Shown here in pieces: positions 25,101 through 40,100 of a DNA stretch of 64,000 nt. The position numbers were made by a program, and so were the translations under genes. Location: positions 1-64,000 of the forward strand of contig KZ538121.1 of assembly GCA_000934665.2 (NCBI GenBank). Reading direction: 5' to 3'. The stretch is from Catajapyx aquilonaris (Eukaryota). A model generated the notes under the pieces. The model saw only the letters and a program-made list of their open reading frames with translations. It had not been told where the DNA came from and did not search any database. How positions within the stretch are numbered: the first letter of the stretch is position 1; each line of letters opens with the position of its first letter.

Positions 25101-28100
25101 AGTGTGAAGCTGTCCCGATTGCGGATCCCTGAACCGCTGCGTCTCCTCGTCGTATATGAGCTCGTAGGCTTCGATCACGTTCAGCTTCTTGACCACACGT
25201 GTCTTTTTAGTCTTTTCGGCCGACGGCGGCTCGTCCGGTTCTAGCAGACCTTCCTGGATTGCTTGTGCGACCGGAATCGGGCGTGAAGTGACCGGGTCGT
25301 TGAACATACCGGTTGTGAGATCGACCATTTGTTGCGTCACGGCTTCAGCGAACGACAGCTTCTGCTCGGCCGCAATTGTACGCTCAGAGTCGCTTTCGTC
25401 TTTAACCACGCCTTTGTCTCTCGCTTCCGGAAGACTCATGACCTCACCGGTTCGGACATTGCGGACCTCATCTGGGCTTAACAGTATGTACCCGCTTTGC
25501 AGCTCGACCGTCCGGGTGGTTATTGTCCGGTACGACGTCAGCGTCACCATTTCCGTCACCGTCTCGGACGGAATTGAGAGCAGCGGAACCGGCTTCACCA
25601 CCAGCAGACCTTGCTGTACCGCACTCTCGATGGGCAGCTCCGCACCCGACTTTGGATCCGTGAACGTCCCTTTATCCGGATCGATCAAGTTGCACTCCAA
25701 GGCCTGCTGAACCTGGACGCTCTCTGGAGCCACGGAGCATGGAAGGGCCATTATGAAGTCCTGTTCAATGGCCTGCTGAAGCGGGATACGCTCGCCTGTG
25801 ACCGGATGCGTGACCTGCTGCGTCTCGGGGTCAATCAAGCCCCGCTCCAGGGCAACCGGGAAGGTCATTCCAAGCGGTGGAAGCTGCTGACCTTCCTGTG
25901 CCGGCCTGTCGAACACATCCATTTCGGACGCCTTCACTAACGAGATGCTTCCGGTCGGCGTCTTAACCTCGGCGGTTGTTGGGTCGATTATGCCTTGCTG
26001 AATGGCAGCGTCCAGAGTCAGCTTGGCTCCAGACGCAGGCTCCAGGACAGGCGAGGTGGGATCCAGAATCTCGCATAACACCGACTCTTGTATGGTCAGC
26101 GGCGTCCCACTCTCCGGATGAATAATCCGTCCGCTTTGAGGCTCAAACAAGCCTTGCTGGATAGCCTCTGGAACGGTCAGGCTCCGAGCGACTGGAACCA
26201 GCACCTTTCCAGTCTCATCCAGTATTCCTCGCTGGACCGCCTCACCGATTGTGAGTATAACGCCCTTCTGCGGATCATGTATCGCGCCAGAGTTGGCGTC
26301 TATCTTCTTCGACTCAATGGCCTGCTCTAAGGTCAGCTGGGTTCCGTCCCCGAGCTTCTCCAGCTCCGTCGCTGTGGTCTCGTCCAGCATTCCAGTGTGG
26401 ACCGCATCTCTTGGAGTGAACACCTTCTTCCGCACCTTCTGGAGCACAACAGGCTTCGGTTCCCTCTCCGGACTCTGAGTGAACGACCTGGCTCGTCCGA
26501 TTGTGACGCAATATTTGGGCTCGGTCGTGACCCGACCTCGGGTCAGCTGCCCTGGAGATTCCTCCTCCTCATGCTTTGATTCGGGCTTATCACGGACCGT
26601 TTCCTCCTGACCTGACTTGACCTTTGACTTGATCGCATCGTAGGCCAGCTTCCCGGCAATGACCGGTGCGCCCAGAATAGTGACCACACCGAACTTGACC
26701 GCATCGGCCAGCGGAATGCGACGGCCCGACTTATCCTTGTAGCTTCCAGTCTTCTTGTCCACAATGCCCTTCCGAAGAGCCTCGTTAATGTTGAGGTCAC
26801 GGCCTGAGTACGGGTCCTTCACTTTGACCTGTCGTGGCTCAACTTCCTTGCTTGTTACGGCGCTCATAAGGTCTGTTTCACGACCGGCCATGACTACCGT
26901 CGCGGTTTCAGGGATGAACATGATTCCAGGAGCCATCTGGAGCGGCTCGGTTATGAAGGACACTTGGCTGCTGATCTCGACAGCCACCGGCTTGTCACTT
27001 TTGGTGTCCAGCAACTCGACTCGGTCGGGCTTCCCTTCCTCTCTCGTGACGCAAATGACACGAGGCGACTCGGGCGTCGTCGCCGGGGACATCTCCTCAA
27101 CAACCTCCATCCGATCGGCCAACACGACCTGTTTGGCGTCAACGGCTTCCTTCATGGTCACCTTCTTCCCACCCTTGCTCACGTAGTGTCCGGTCGCATC
27201 CAGGACGCCCTTCTCCAGGCTACGAAGCAGCGGAATGTCCCGTCCGTTATCAGAGTCCACCACTGTTGCGGACACGGGGTTGACAATCTCCAGTTTGGCA
27301 CATTCCTCCAGCGACACCAGACGGTCTGTTCCAGGAATGGTGAACAAGCCGGTGACTGGATCGAACAGCTTTTGGTCGATGGCTTCCCGCAGGTAGTACC
27401 CGCCGGGAGGAAGCTCGACGGTATGTCGTTGGAGCGACATTGACTTGACAACGGTTGCGGTCGTTGCCGTGAAAGCCGTTGCTTCCTCCGTGTCCATCGT
27501 TTCAGTCTTTGCCGTCCGCAGTCTGGTCGGACGTGTCGGCTCATCCTGCCCGACTTTGATCTTTATTGATGTGACTGTCCGCTGCGGATCTTCCTTCCGA
27601 CGTGGAACCTTCGGTGGCGACTTGGGTGGCGACTTTGTCCTGGACGGCCTCTTCGGCTTTTCCTCAACCTTCTTGGGCGTCGCTCCAGTTGCTTCCCAGC
27701 TGCTGGTCAGCTCTTTCTCCGCCGACACTTGGACGCTCACCGGAACGTTAGATGGCCACTCCGATGTCAGTCCGAGCAGTCCCTGGTTTATGGCGTCCTC
27801 AAGGGTCAGCACCCGGCCGGACTGTGCGTCCGTAAAAGTGCCTCTGGCTTCGTCGATCAGCCCTTGCTGCATGGCCTCCTGGAAGGTCATCTTCATCTCG
27901 ATTCCGGCCATTCCGCTGGTGGTGACAGTCACATACCGCTTGATCGTCCGCGTGACAGTCGCTGTGGTCACGGTGATGTTCAACAGGCTCTTCAGCATGG
28001 CAGCCCCTTCAGTCGGGATCAGCCCGGAGCGAACCGCATCTTCCAGCGAGACAACCTTCCCCGTTTTCAGATCCACGACCTGACCCGACTTGGGGTCAAG

Positions 28101-31100
28101 CCGGCCCTTGAACACAGCCTCCATCACAGTCAACTCCTTCCCAGATTCGTCCCGAATGCCGACAATCTTGTTCAGCATCTCCAGTATCTGCGGCTGGATC
28201 AGGTTCTCCTCAGCGGCCGCCGCCATCGAAATAGTCCGTCCTGACTTCTTGTCAACAAACCGTCCGTTAGCATCGATTAGTCCGCTGGCTAGTGCATCGT
28301 TGAAGCTGATGTAATCGCCGGTCTCCGGATCCTTGATGCCGTCGATGTCGAAGATGGTCTTGCGTGACACGGACGTTATCAGGCCCTTATTGACCGCCTC
28401 TGGAATGGTGTAGAACTCGTGGTTCAAAGGGTCCTTAAAGCGTCCGTCCGGCATGATTATGCCTTCGACCAGCGCTTCCGAGAGAGAGATCAGTTCGTTA
28501 GTGCGAGTGTCAGTAATGCATTTGACTTCCGCGTCGAGCACGCCTCTTGCGATGGCTTCCAGCACGGTGATTCCCTCGCCGGTGTACGGCGACACGATGT
28601 GTCCGTCCGCTTGCACCATTTCGCGGTCGAAGCAGTCCTTCAGAGTCAGCGGTTTCATCACCAGTTGGCGACCATGCGCTTCGTCCAGTGGCATCGCCTC
28701 GTTAGTGCGCATGTCCACGTACCGGCCATCCACTAAGATCCCCTTGTCCAGTGCGGACATGACCGTCAGCTTCTTCCAAGAGCGTGTGTCCACGACTTCC
28801 TTAGCGTCCGGGTTGAGTATCCCCCGCCGGACAGCCTGGTCCAATGCGAACCGTTCCCCGGAGTCCCGATCCGCAACTTTCCCATCCCCGTCCAGCAAGC
28901 CTTGGTCCAGCGCATCGCTGAGCGTAAGCCCGCCGGACGCGGGATGAGCAGATCCAACTTCCAGCAATCCACGTCGGACAGCCTCCTGCAGGCTGACCCG
29001 CTCCGACCCTAGTAACTCCCCGGTGACCAAGTCGACCCGACCCATCTCGAGGGCCTGGCTCAGAGTCAACCTCCCACGCAAATCCTCCAGGACGCTTACC
29101 TTCTCCTGGAGCAGAATTCCAGAGCGGACGGCCTCTTCGACGCTGATGGGTCGTCCGGATGTCGGGTCGATGACATCGCCTGACTCGGGGTCGTACAGGC
29201 CGCGTTGCAGTGCCTCCATGACGGTCAAGGTCGCCTTAGGTCGCTTCGGGTCGGATATTCCGCTGGGAGCAGTGAGACACTCCGCCATCCAACCCGATAC
29301 CAACCCGATGGTCACCGCCTCACGGAGGCTGACCCGACGTGACCCATCCCGCACTTGCCCCGTCCGCAGATCCAGAATCCCGCGCGTCACAGCCTGCGAC
29401 AGGGTCAGCGTCTGACCCGTGCTCCTGTCCAGAAACCCACCATCATCGGTGGACACTCCGCCGTCCGTCCGCTCCACCCTCCGACTGGATCGAATCTCGG
29501 TGAACCTCATGCTCCCCGCAGTGCTGATCCCCGACCCAGCCTGACCTGCCTCCTCGCCATTCTCGCCCCCCACGTCGACCTGTCCAAACGACCCATTCTG
29601 GACAGTAATAGACCGCTTGATGGGCGACCCTTCCCGGCTGGAGATTGTCACCGTCGCAATCGACGTCCGCTGCTGCTGTTCCAACGGCGCCTCGCGGTTG
29701 CTGCTGACTCGCCTGGAATAACACAACAGTTGTAATCTCCACACCAATTATGGTTACTAATAAGAACGCTGGTTATCTACAAGTGACAGGATGATACCGA
29801 AATAGCTCCACAGGCACTGGAACGAATGTTGGTCATAATACGAACCAAGGTCAACTCTTGTCAGCACATCCTTGCCCTTGTCCTCTCCCACTTGACGCCC
29901 ACACGATGCATCTATGCACTTCCAAAGCCTGCCTTTCAGCTTCTCCCACCCGATTCCGCCCGATACGGGCATATAAGGTTTAGGACCCTTTCGTATAATA
30001 ATTTAACCCTGACATTGCTCGGGAAGGACGCCACTTTATATTCCGATGCCAAGTCTTTTCTCATCTATCCGTGCACTCAAGGTCTACCTCCCGATAGATA
30101 CACAAATCTACTATGCTAATAGGCGGCTACAACTTCCTCATAGACTCGGGTCCATTTGCAAACACTTCATCACTTACTGCCGTTACGGCCACTTCCAATA
30201 ATAATATTTGCGGCCCACTTATTCCCCCGCCGGCTAATTACTGCCTCCCTAATTATTTTTGGCTTAACCCGCCCGCAAGGCCAGCCCTACGCAATCTTCG
30301 GCCTGATTTATAATTAGAACCACTTAAAGAAACAAAAACACGGTGGAATTTAGCCGGTCATTTTTTTTTTACAACACACCTGCTCATACCCTGGCTGCAA
30401 TTGAACAAAGTACGTAGAGCTCAAAAAAATAATAATTACACATGTTGAAGTACACACGTAACAAAATTAATAACTAGAAAAATGTAACCGACGCAACGAG
30501 TGCCTACGTAGCACTGTAAGAGTAATTAGTCCTGCCCAAAATTAGGATCAGAAAATAATGTGACCGGTCGCAACATGCGGCAACAGAACAATTAATTACA
30601 ATTGAACATCGTACGTAGCACTGTGAACGGGCCCAAAATTAGTAGCGAGAGAAAAATGCGTCCGACGATTAACGAGGACGGAATGAACTCACCTAGTTTG
30701 TGCAGTGTAAACGGATGTGGTCCTCGCCCCGTCCACTTCGACCCTGGACGTGGACTCGGAGGAGTCAAACTCACTCCGGAATGTTCGGAACGACATTGGT
30801 TCCAACCCGCTGATGTCAAACTGTCAAACAAGGAAACAAGTTAGAAATCGTTGAACCCTGCTTTTATCTCCAGCCGACCGCACCCGTCAAAGATGCAAGT
30901 CCTTCGAGATGCACACTGCGAATAGATAAGTCGGCGAGAGGTGCAACAGATACGATCTCGGGTTGTTGGCTCAGCAGAAAAGGGGCGTATCGAACGCTGC
31001 TCCTCCCACGAAGAGGAGATGGGGGCCCAATGGACAAAAATGGTCAAAAGCGGGGGCCTCCTTAAGTGGTCAAGGACAACCACAGAAAAACCTGCCCACC

Positions 31101-34100
31101 CACACCATATTCCGCTTAAACCCACAATCTCTTTTAAGCTGAACTATTCTCCGCCCACGACCAGCCGTTGTCACACTTCCTTGCAAATCATTATTGGCCG
31201 CGCTCCTCCCCAACATATTCGCATTCTCTTCCAGCCCAGTTTCTCAGAACGTTAAATGAGCCGGACCTTCACCTGAATTGTCGGGGCGGAATATAACGAG
31301 CAATTTTTAAATGATGATGTCATTTGCTACGATGCAATTGTGTAACGCTGCATGATAGACTTTAATGTCAGATTACGCAACACTTTTTTTGTGTGTAATA
31401 AAAATCTGCCAGGGTCGGCTCAACTGTTCCGTAACACTTACGGTGCTAAACGCGATCAGCATACCTGAACACTTGGGTCGTCCTTGGCTTCCAGTTCCAG
31501 CTGCTGAAGCCTGGAGTACAATCGGTCCAGAAGCGATTGATACTTGGCGTTCAGAAGGTCGAGTTCCTGGCAGACGACCTCCGACCCCGGTTGGATCTTG
31601 GCCTTCTTCACAATGCTGCCGTCTAAACTCGGATGAACCTCCTCCAAACTCTCTTTGTAGTGCTTCAGTCTGATGTCATATATCTGGGGGTTAATTTTGT
31701 TAATTGTTAATCGGGTTAATCTAGGCGGACTTGTGGACGTTAACGGGATGAAAGGGCGGACGGTGCTTCGGAAAAGAGTCAGGCAAAAGGAGAAGCGTGC
31801 ATACTTCGGGATATGTAATTTTTTCGGTTAAGGTTATGTTCCCCAATTAGGTCGTATTTACAATTGGGTGGTCATGCCCCAGGAAAATTTTGTTGTCCAT
31901 TCCGTTTTTTGAGTTACCAGATAGAGATGGTAGAAGGTTTCATCATCCGTCTTCACGCATACGCTTAAACCCTAAAAATGTGGATCGCACTCGGAGCACA
32001 CCCGCAATTTGCCTTACCTTCGCTTCACGTATGTAACGTCCTCCGTCCGTGTTGACGTGTTCGATCTGAACCTTCTTTTCCACGACGCTCTTGTACATTC
32101 GCTGCGGGGGAAATCCGAAGTGAGTTACTCCGCCAATTGCGAATGGAACCGAAGCACTTACCAGATGCGGCTCGATCTTCTCGCTCGCATTGGCGGACTC
32201 CATGGCTTCCAGTCGCATCAGCTTCCCGTCCGCTTCGTCCAGCCATCCCATCTCGTTCTGGTACGAGTTGTTGTAAGTCTGCAGAAGTTCGTTAGCAGCC
32301 TCGCAACTCCTCAGCCTGCGAAATTCACATTACGCCACACGTTCTAACCTGCAAATTCTGATTCACACTGACCTCTCAACGACTTGGACACAAGCGTTGC
32401 TCCACCGCTTCGTGATCCTGGTGACGTCGTCTTCAAGTTTGTCCACGTCCAAATGGCGACGTTGCGACGGCCTGGATTTCTCCACGAGGCGACGGACATT
32501 CCGGACGTCCTCGTTCAGCTGGTCGACAACATGCTGCTGCCGCTGGATGCTGTTCTGCACGTTCAGAAGGTCTTCATGCACGCGTCTGACCGTGTCCGGA
32601 TCGGACGACATGCTGTCGTAGCTGGCCAGCTTCATCTCGAACTCGGACACGGCATTGGTGGAATCGTCCAGTCCCGCCAGAACAATCTCCACGCACTTCA
32701 GCCGTTCGATGTACAGATGCGAGAGCGACCAGAGCTTGTCCCACTTCTGCAGAATGTGGTCCAGCTTGGTCTGCATGGCCTGAGATTTCTGCGGCAGGCT
32801 TCGGAATGTCTTCTGGACAGACTCGACGTCAGGCTCGTACGACTGAAGCTTCAGCTCGAACTCCTTGTGCTCGATGACCAGATGCTCCAAGGAATCCAAG
32901 TCCTTCGGGATAACAGCCGTCGTCCTGGACAGCAACGTCCGCTCAACCTCATCCAGAGCGGACTGGAGCGAACTCACTTGCTCGCTGAACAGACGGGACA
33001 CATTCTTGGTCTCTGTAAAAAAGGATATTTGTTAGATCCGGATGTGCCGTGCGATGGTGTAACTCACTTTCGGTGTCCGCAGCTCTTCGCTCGAACTCGT
33101 CAAAGAGGCGGTTCACCTCGTCAATCTCACGCTTCAGTCGTCTCAGCTGCGGATCGTTAGGGTCGCCCTCCTGAAGCAGCTTCTCCGCATCCTCGTTCAG
33201 AGCGCGTCTGATCGCATTGCGCTGGTCTGCTCCCATCGCCAGGAACTGCAATGAGTGCAATGAGTCTACACGTTCCGTATGTTCCGTTTGCGATTTCTTA
33301 CCTGTTCGAGATTCCAGCTTTTGACGACCTTTATCGTGGCGAAGATCATGTTCTGCCTCATTCGAAGCTGCTTCCGCTGCCAGAGGGTGATGCAACGGTC
33401 GTACTGTCGCTTCAGCCGCTCAGCCGTGTCCACGGCTTCTTTGTCCGGCGGGGGAATCAGGAAGCAAACGCCAGGAACCATCCCTTCGTTGCCTGCCGAA
33501 TCAGTCACGCGCCACTTAATGCGCTGGGAGTTGTCGTGAAGTACGCACTGGTCTTCCTTGCTCACGTTGATCTAAAAATCACCGCCCAATTAAAAATATG
33601 CACGGCGAAACAAAATAAGCGGGACTTACGTTCATTTGCTTGTAGGTGCATATGGCAGTGACGTGCATCGGACGAGTCACAGGCTGCCGTCTTTGCTTCA
33701 GCGGCACAATCAGCTGGCTTTGGTCCACCAGGACCTGGACAATGTCTCCGTATCGAGTCAGGTCCTCCCTGAGGTCCTGCATTTCCTTCAGGAGCTGCTC
33801 TCCTTCGTCCAGGCTGAACTCGGATCGGCTGTACACCGTGTTCAGCAGCTCATCTTTGCTGCAAATTAACACGACGTTACAAACACAGTCGGGTATTCCG
33901 AGTCGCAGCAACTTACTTAAGAATCCACTGCTCGCACTCCTTCCCCTCCTGGAAGAACCGGTGGTAGTTGGCCGCATTCTTCAGATGCGTCTCCAGGCAA
34001 AGGGTCAGCTGGAGCAACCAGGACCACTGCGACTGCATAGCAGCCATGTACGCCTCGATGCACTTGGCGGCCGGGTGATGCTGGAGGATCAAGCTCTCTC

Positions 34101-37100
34101 CGCGATCTTGCACAGCGTTGAACTGGATCTCCCGCTTCTCAAGCTCGCTCATCAGCGTCTGGAAACAATCAACGTTAGCTTCAAAACCAAAAGTCAAGTC
34201 CGACCCGCAACTGACCTGATATCCTACTCCGAAATTACGCTGCGTGAAAGTATCAGAGAGAGAGTGAAAGATGAAGGACTAGCTAAATGCGAATGAACAT
34301 GAAAACGAACCTCGTAGTATTGTTCGATCTCGACCAGCTTCAGACTCTTTGCGCTCCAGTCCCTGGAGACCTCCACTTCCTCCTTCTCGTTCAGCCAAAT
34401 CAGCTCGTTCGTAGCGGACTGTATGAAGTCCAGCAGCGTCTCCAAGTCGGACAGCCGCTTCCTGGAGGCGACCTGCAGGTCGGTGTAGGCTTTCTGAAGC
34501 TGGCTCATGTGGGTCGCGTACAGCTGGAGCTCGTCGCCATGGAAGTAGCTCTTGGCGGAAAGGCACTTCTCAACGTTGGTCTGGAACTTCTCGATGACCT
34601 TGTGCTCCCGCTGGTGGCCGTCCAGTTCGCCCTGGACGCTCGGGAGGTCGCTTCCGTACTCCGCGTCACGGAGGTGCTTCTGCTTGTCCTTCACCCACTG
34701 CATACACTCCTGAAGGAATCTGAAGTTCTCGTTGGTCTCAACCAGCCGGAGTTCAAGGACGGTTTTCATCTGTCGGGTGACGGTCTTTTCCTCGACCGGA
34801 AAGGAAATTGAGCTCAGGACGGTCAGAAGGCGGGTGTGCAGCAGCGTGCGGACGTTAACCCATCGCTGGTGCAGCTTGTTAACCCTGCAACGAATCGCAA
34901 TTGATTAATAACGCATCCGGCAGATCGTACCCGGCTGAACTTACATTTTGTGCATGTCCGATGCTTGCGTGTACCTCCCGTCCTTCAGCATCTGGACATC
35001 GCCGAACATGGCTTTGATGGTGTCCTCCAGCATCTCCAGCTCCCGCTCCAGCTGGTCGCAATTGTGCTTTGCGTCCAGCGGATGAAGGCGGTCGATCCGT
35101 TTCGCCTCGTCGTCGATCCGCAGCTCAACCTCGTCTAACCTGGAGTCCGTCTGTTTGGCCTCCCGATGCACCTTCTCCGCGATTCGCTGGAGTCTCTCCA
35201 GCCGCTTGATCTCCTCCTGGATAGACTGATCCCGCTCCTGGTGGGCCGTCATCAGAATGTTCCAGTTCCGCTCAATCACGTTGATGTGCAGCTCAGATTC
35301 CAGCTCCATCTCGATGCTCCGGTAGTGCTTCTCAATGTCCCGATAGAGATGGGACAGCCGCTGCTTGTCCTTCAACCGGATCGGGACGTCCTCAACCCGG
35401 AAGCGGTTCATCTCCGCCGCAAGCTTCCGAGTCTCAATCAGCGTCGTTGGGAAGTGCCGATCCTGCATCACAGCGATGCACTCTCGCATCCAAAGATGCA
35501 CCGAGCTTGCGATCTCACGATATTCCTCCAGTTTCCGCTGGGCGTCCTACAAAGAGTTGCGGTTAACATGTGGCCAATTAGCCGCAATTAAAAGCGTACT
35601 TACCGAGTCATAAAGCGGGTGGAGTCGGGGCGGATCAGGAAACACATCGTACATAGACGAGATGTAGGTGATCAGCGATTTCTCATCCGGTTCCGGTGTG
35701 TCAACATCTAAAATCAAACAAAGGCGTGATCATGTTTGCCGTCTTCCAGCCCAACTTACGCAAACTAAGTTTTTAAATCATAATTTCGCCGCATGTCAAG
35801 TTGCAAAATCATCTTTGCGAGTCAAGCACGCCCTCGACTACTCTTCACATGCAAATTAAGCTCTCCGGCCAATCAGCCAAGGTCTTGTCATCTTCAAGGC
35901 TAACAGGATCTTTCTCTCCCGTACAAATTTATGTGGCGTTCTCTGCTCATTACTTGTGCCGTACTGTCCGTTCACAACAATTGGATAAGCTTTGTAATCT
36001 ACGAAATAAGATCCGCCTCTTCACTTAACCTGAAATGCTTATTCAACTGCTTATTACGTAACGACTCGTTACATTGCAGAAATTGTAATTCCATACAGCG
36101 GATATACAGTTTATGCAATTGCAACATTTCGTCGCCTTGACCCGTTTTTTAAAAAAAAAAGAGATTGAGGTCACGTTATTTACATGAAAATGTAGTTGCA
36201 ATTCAGAGAAAGAAAACATTTACTACCGACTGTTCAACTGGAAAGTAGCACACCTGTCATATGCGGAGATGAATCGTGCTCATGCACGTTTTTTTAAAAA
36301 TATTACCTTCAGGATCGAGAAGGCGAGTGACCCCGCATTCTCTCTCCGCCAATGTGAAGGCCAGCTCCAGTCTTTCCCTGATGGCCCTCCGTTGCAACGA
36401 GCGCCACTCCAGAAGATCCGGTCTGTAAACGCATCGGAACGTAAGCAAAAAGGGACTTGGGTTCGCAACCGAGTAACACAACCGTACCTGTTTCGATGAA
36501 TGAGAGCGTTGAAGGCGAGTCCATCGCGCCAAGATTTGGTGAAGTCCACGACGTTGACGCCAGGGTACTTGTTGGTGGACCTCTGAGCCCATCGCAACAG
36601 AGCTTCCCGAGCGGACAAGTTGTCTTCCAGGCCGACAACAATGTCTGAGATCTGCAACAAAAGAAAGCGGCACATGTTAGTAAACGTCGACCCGGACGAT
36701 CCGGTGCAAAAGTTAAAAATGTCAACCACATGCACTTCCATTATTATTATTAATCACTACAATTTCTTCTTCCTGATCATGGCTTTTTGTTCCCATGCTT
36801 ATCAATCTCCGACAAAACTGTGAAAACAATACTGGAAAATTCTCCCACACCTTTGACCCGCAGCCGCTTAATTAAGCAATTAACGTTTAAGGTGAGATTG
36901 GCAGCACTACACATTAAAAAGGTGGGTACACGTAACAGTGCGGTACACACAAGGTGAAAGTGCACTTATCGTTCACACTGTTCAAACTGCCAATAAAGTT
37001 TTACTGTCAACCCGTCGCACAAATTCCGCAAAAAGGGACAGTTTGCAGTGCAGTTTCGACTAGGAAATTTTGCACACGAACAGCCCCAGTTGTGCGGCAC

Positions 37101-40100
37101 AAACCAAATGGAGCACGACGGTTCCGCTTCCATTCACACGACACATTGTGAACGCACACCGCTACATACTTTTGTGATCAGCAGGAAAAATACTCTTCAC
37201 TATTTTTAAGAACAAAACTTGGTGGGATTATTTGAGCATACAAGAGCCTAGGGAAAGTCACGATCCGGCCAAACCCCCCCAAGGATACAACCGCTCATTT
37301 CACGCTTTATGCTCACACACAAAAATCCGCTCCGATGACCAAACTGGGAGCATAATTATGATCCGCCGTAGCATTGGGTCGCTTAATATTCAAACGTTAC
37401 GCAAGGAGGAAAAAAGCGGCATGACTCTCCGTACAAAACTGGTTCAATAAAATAATTTGGCCGAGGCTTCCCTTTAGAAGTCATTCACACCATTTTTATA
37501 GCTTCCTTTGCAACCGCTTTTAAATACCAAAGTACTGTTGCGGACCTGATGGCTGTCCGCACCCAGCAGAGTGGTGGACACATGCCCACCGCCGGACACC
37601 TTCTGTAGCGTCTGCTCTCCTCGTGTGACTGTGGTTGTCTTCCGGATGACCCTTGTGGTGACGCTCCTTCTGTCCCCTTGCTTCCTGCTCTGCTGCGTCT
37701 CAACCCGGGTGCCACGCACGTTGGTCCCAAGCGTCCGGTGGGTCAGCACTGAGTGCACCTCCTCCTGGTCCAGCAGTCCATCGTCAACACCTGATGCTGC
37801 TGCCGGACTCTCATCGTCCCCTTCCCTGGTGGCCCTGACGAACAAACGTGGTCCCTTGACGAACCGGTACATCTCATCCCACCAGCCGAAGACATGGAGG
37901 AACCTCTCCCTCCACCAAAGCCCAGCAAGTGTTGAGCCCCACCTGCCAACTGCTGGAGGGCAAAACGAGGATGGCCGACCTCCACCGAACGGAAAAACCC
38001 CCCGAGAGTCTCCCAGCCAACAGGATGAATTCGCGAATACACCTGCAGCTAGGTACGTGCAAAAAAAAATTGGCGGGGTCCGTTCCAACCAGAGTCCAAA
38101 AGAAATCGCACGTGCAAAAAATTGGGACAGTCATAAAATTGCAAACGAACTGCAATTATCGCAAAAATTTGCACACAAACATTTTTGTGCAAAAAAACGA
38201 TCATTCAATGTGGTCCAATGTGCAAAAAAAGAGATTATCCAATGTGGTCCAATGTGCAAATGGTGACGCAGCTGTTATATTGAGGGTGACATGCAGGTGA
38301 TGTCATGTTGGAGGTTATGTCACCTGTTGTTGTGTGGGCAATCTCATTGAGTATTCGCAACACGATTTTTTGCGCGCTATTACGCTCAACTTGTAGGTCA
38401 ATTTAACGGGACATTTTTCGCGAAAATTCTTCTTTCAGACAATGCTGCGGAATGGTCCTCAAAGGGTAGGGCATCCCCAAGGCCATTTTTCGCGCATCTT
38501 TCTTGTGCAAATAATCACGCTATGGGATTGCTCCATACGGAAATTAAATGTGTGCATCTTCCCAGTGCCTATTTCGAGCAGGTGATGCAGCGTCTGGCGT
38601 CACGGTTTGGTGATGCGACGTCACTTTTTTGTTGTCAACTTTGGGACAACCTTTCTACAGATTCCAAGGACGCTATGCACGTGTGACTGTTCCTTCCGGT
38701 GTTTGAAGCCGACCTCGATGGGATGCTGCTGGAAATGGACCACCTCTTCCTCTCTATACTACAGATGATGATACTAATTGCTGCTAATTAGTACCAATAA
38801 GTACCTACTACTCCTAGAAGATGCGGTTTGTCCTTATCATGGTCATCGGGACACAACGTTCGTTCCCATCCTGCTGCTGGGGATGCTGGGAAGCTGCTGC
38901 GTCTCTTCTTTCGACGCCCACCGTCGTCGTGTCCACTAGTGGTCAATCCAGCGTCTTTAATCCTCTTAGGACTGGCCCCTCTGGGATGCCTCAACAGCGC
39001 CTGGATTATCTTCCGAGACATTTCACCTACTGCAGCACCCGCAATCTCTAATTGCTTCTCACATTATCTTTTAGATAGCTGCATGATTCCATTCCAGACG
39101 TGCCGATTTCAAGCGAAAAATTTTGCAGGCAACTGCAGAGACTTTTCCTGCAGATCTATCGACTGCATAGTCTTGGCCCCGATCCGCCCACGACCCCCCC
39201 CCCAAAATTCTTCCCAAAAAAAGGAAGTCTGCTCCAAGTCGGACTCGATAATTCATCGGCATCAAATAGGTCATCATATAGAATTGGCAGGTGCGACTCT
39301 GTCCCTATACACGACCTAGGTGCATGTGGTGGAGTGGGAGGAGCCTAATCGCCATCTGGTAGTGGCAAGTCGCACTACGTCCAACTGGGAGGAGCCTAAT
39401 CGCCAACTGGCGGCCATTCGTACGACGTCCAAGTGGGAGGAGCCTACACGCCAACTGGTAGTGGCAAATCACACTACGTCCAGGTGGGAGGAGCCTATAC
39501 GCCAACTGGTAGTGGCAAGTTGCACTACGTCCAACTGGGAGGAGCCTATATAAGCCAACTGGTAGTGGCAAGTCGCACTACGTCCAACTGGGAGGAGCCT
39601 AATCGCCAACTGGTAGTGGCAAATCGCACTACGTCCAACTGGGAGGAGCCTAATCGCCAACTGGTAGCGGCCATTCGTACTACGTCCAAGTGGGAGGAGC
39701 CTAATCGCCAACTGGCAGCCATTCGTACGACGTCCAAGTGGGAGGAGCCTATACGCCAACTGGTAGTGGCAATTCGCACTACGTCCAACTGGGAGGAGCC
39801 TAATCGCCAACTGGCGGCCATTCGTACTACGGCCAATCCGTGCAGTGTTGCCATATTTCCGCTGAATTTGTGCAGCACATTTTCGTGCTGTAACTGTTAA
39901 TTTTTTTTTGTAATGAAGCAGGTAATTAACCGTTGCCAAATCGTTGCGGTGTCCCTGCCCTTGAGTGAGTTTTTTTTTTTTTTAACCCGTTACAAGGCCG
40001 ATTGGTATTATCGGCAAATGTAAGTGACCGAGTGTGGTAGGCCACCTGTACGAGGCTAGCTCAAACAAAAACAACCCAACCGTGGAGGAGGAGGAAGGAG

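Noticed and set aside
20284..29735. + strand ORFs across the plectin-repeat exon
   Set aside because: Same antisense shadow effect
20265..29747. Stand-alone 3160-aa intronless plectin/epiplakin gene
   Set aside because: Bounded by in-phase splice sites linking it to the plakin and spectrin exons of shot
39335..39831. CRISPR-like array or repeat protein
   Set aside because: Contiguous units without unique spacers, no cas genes, eukaryotic intron
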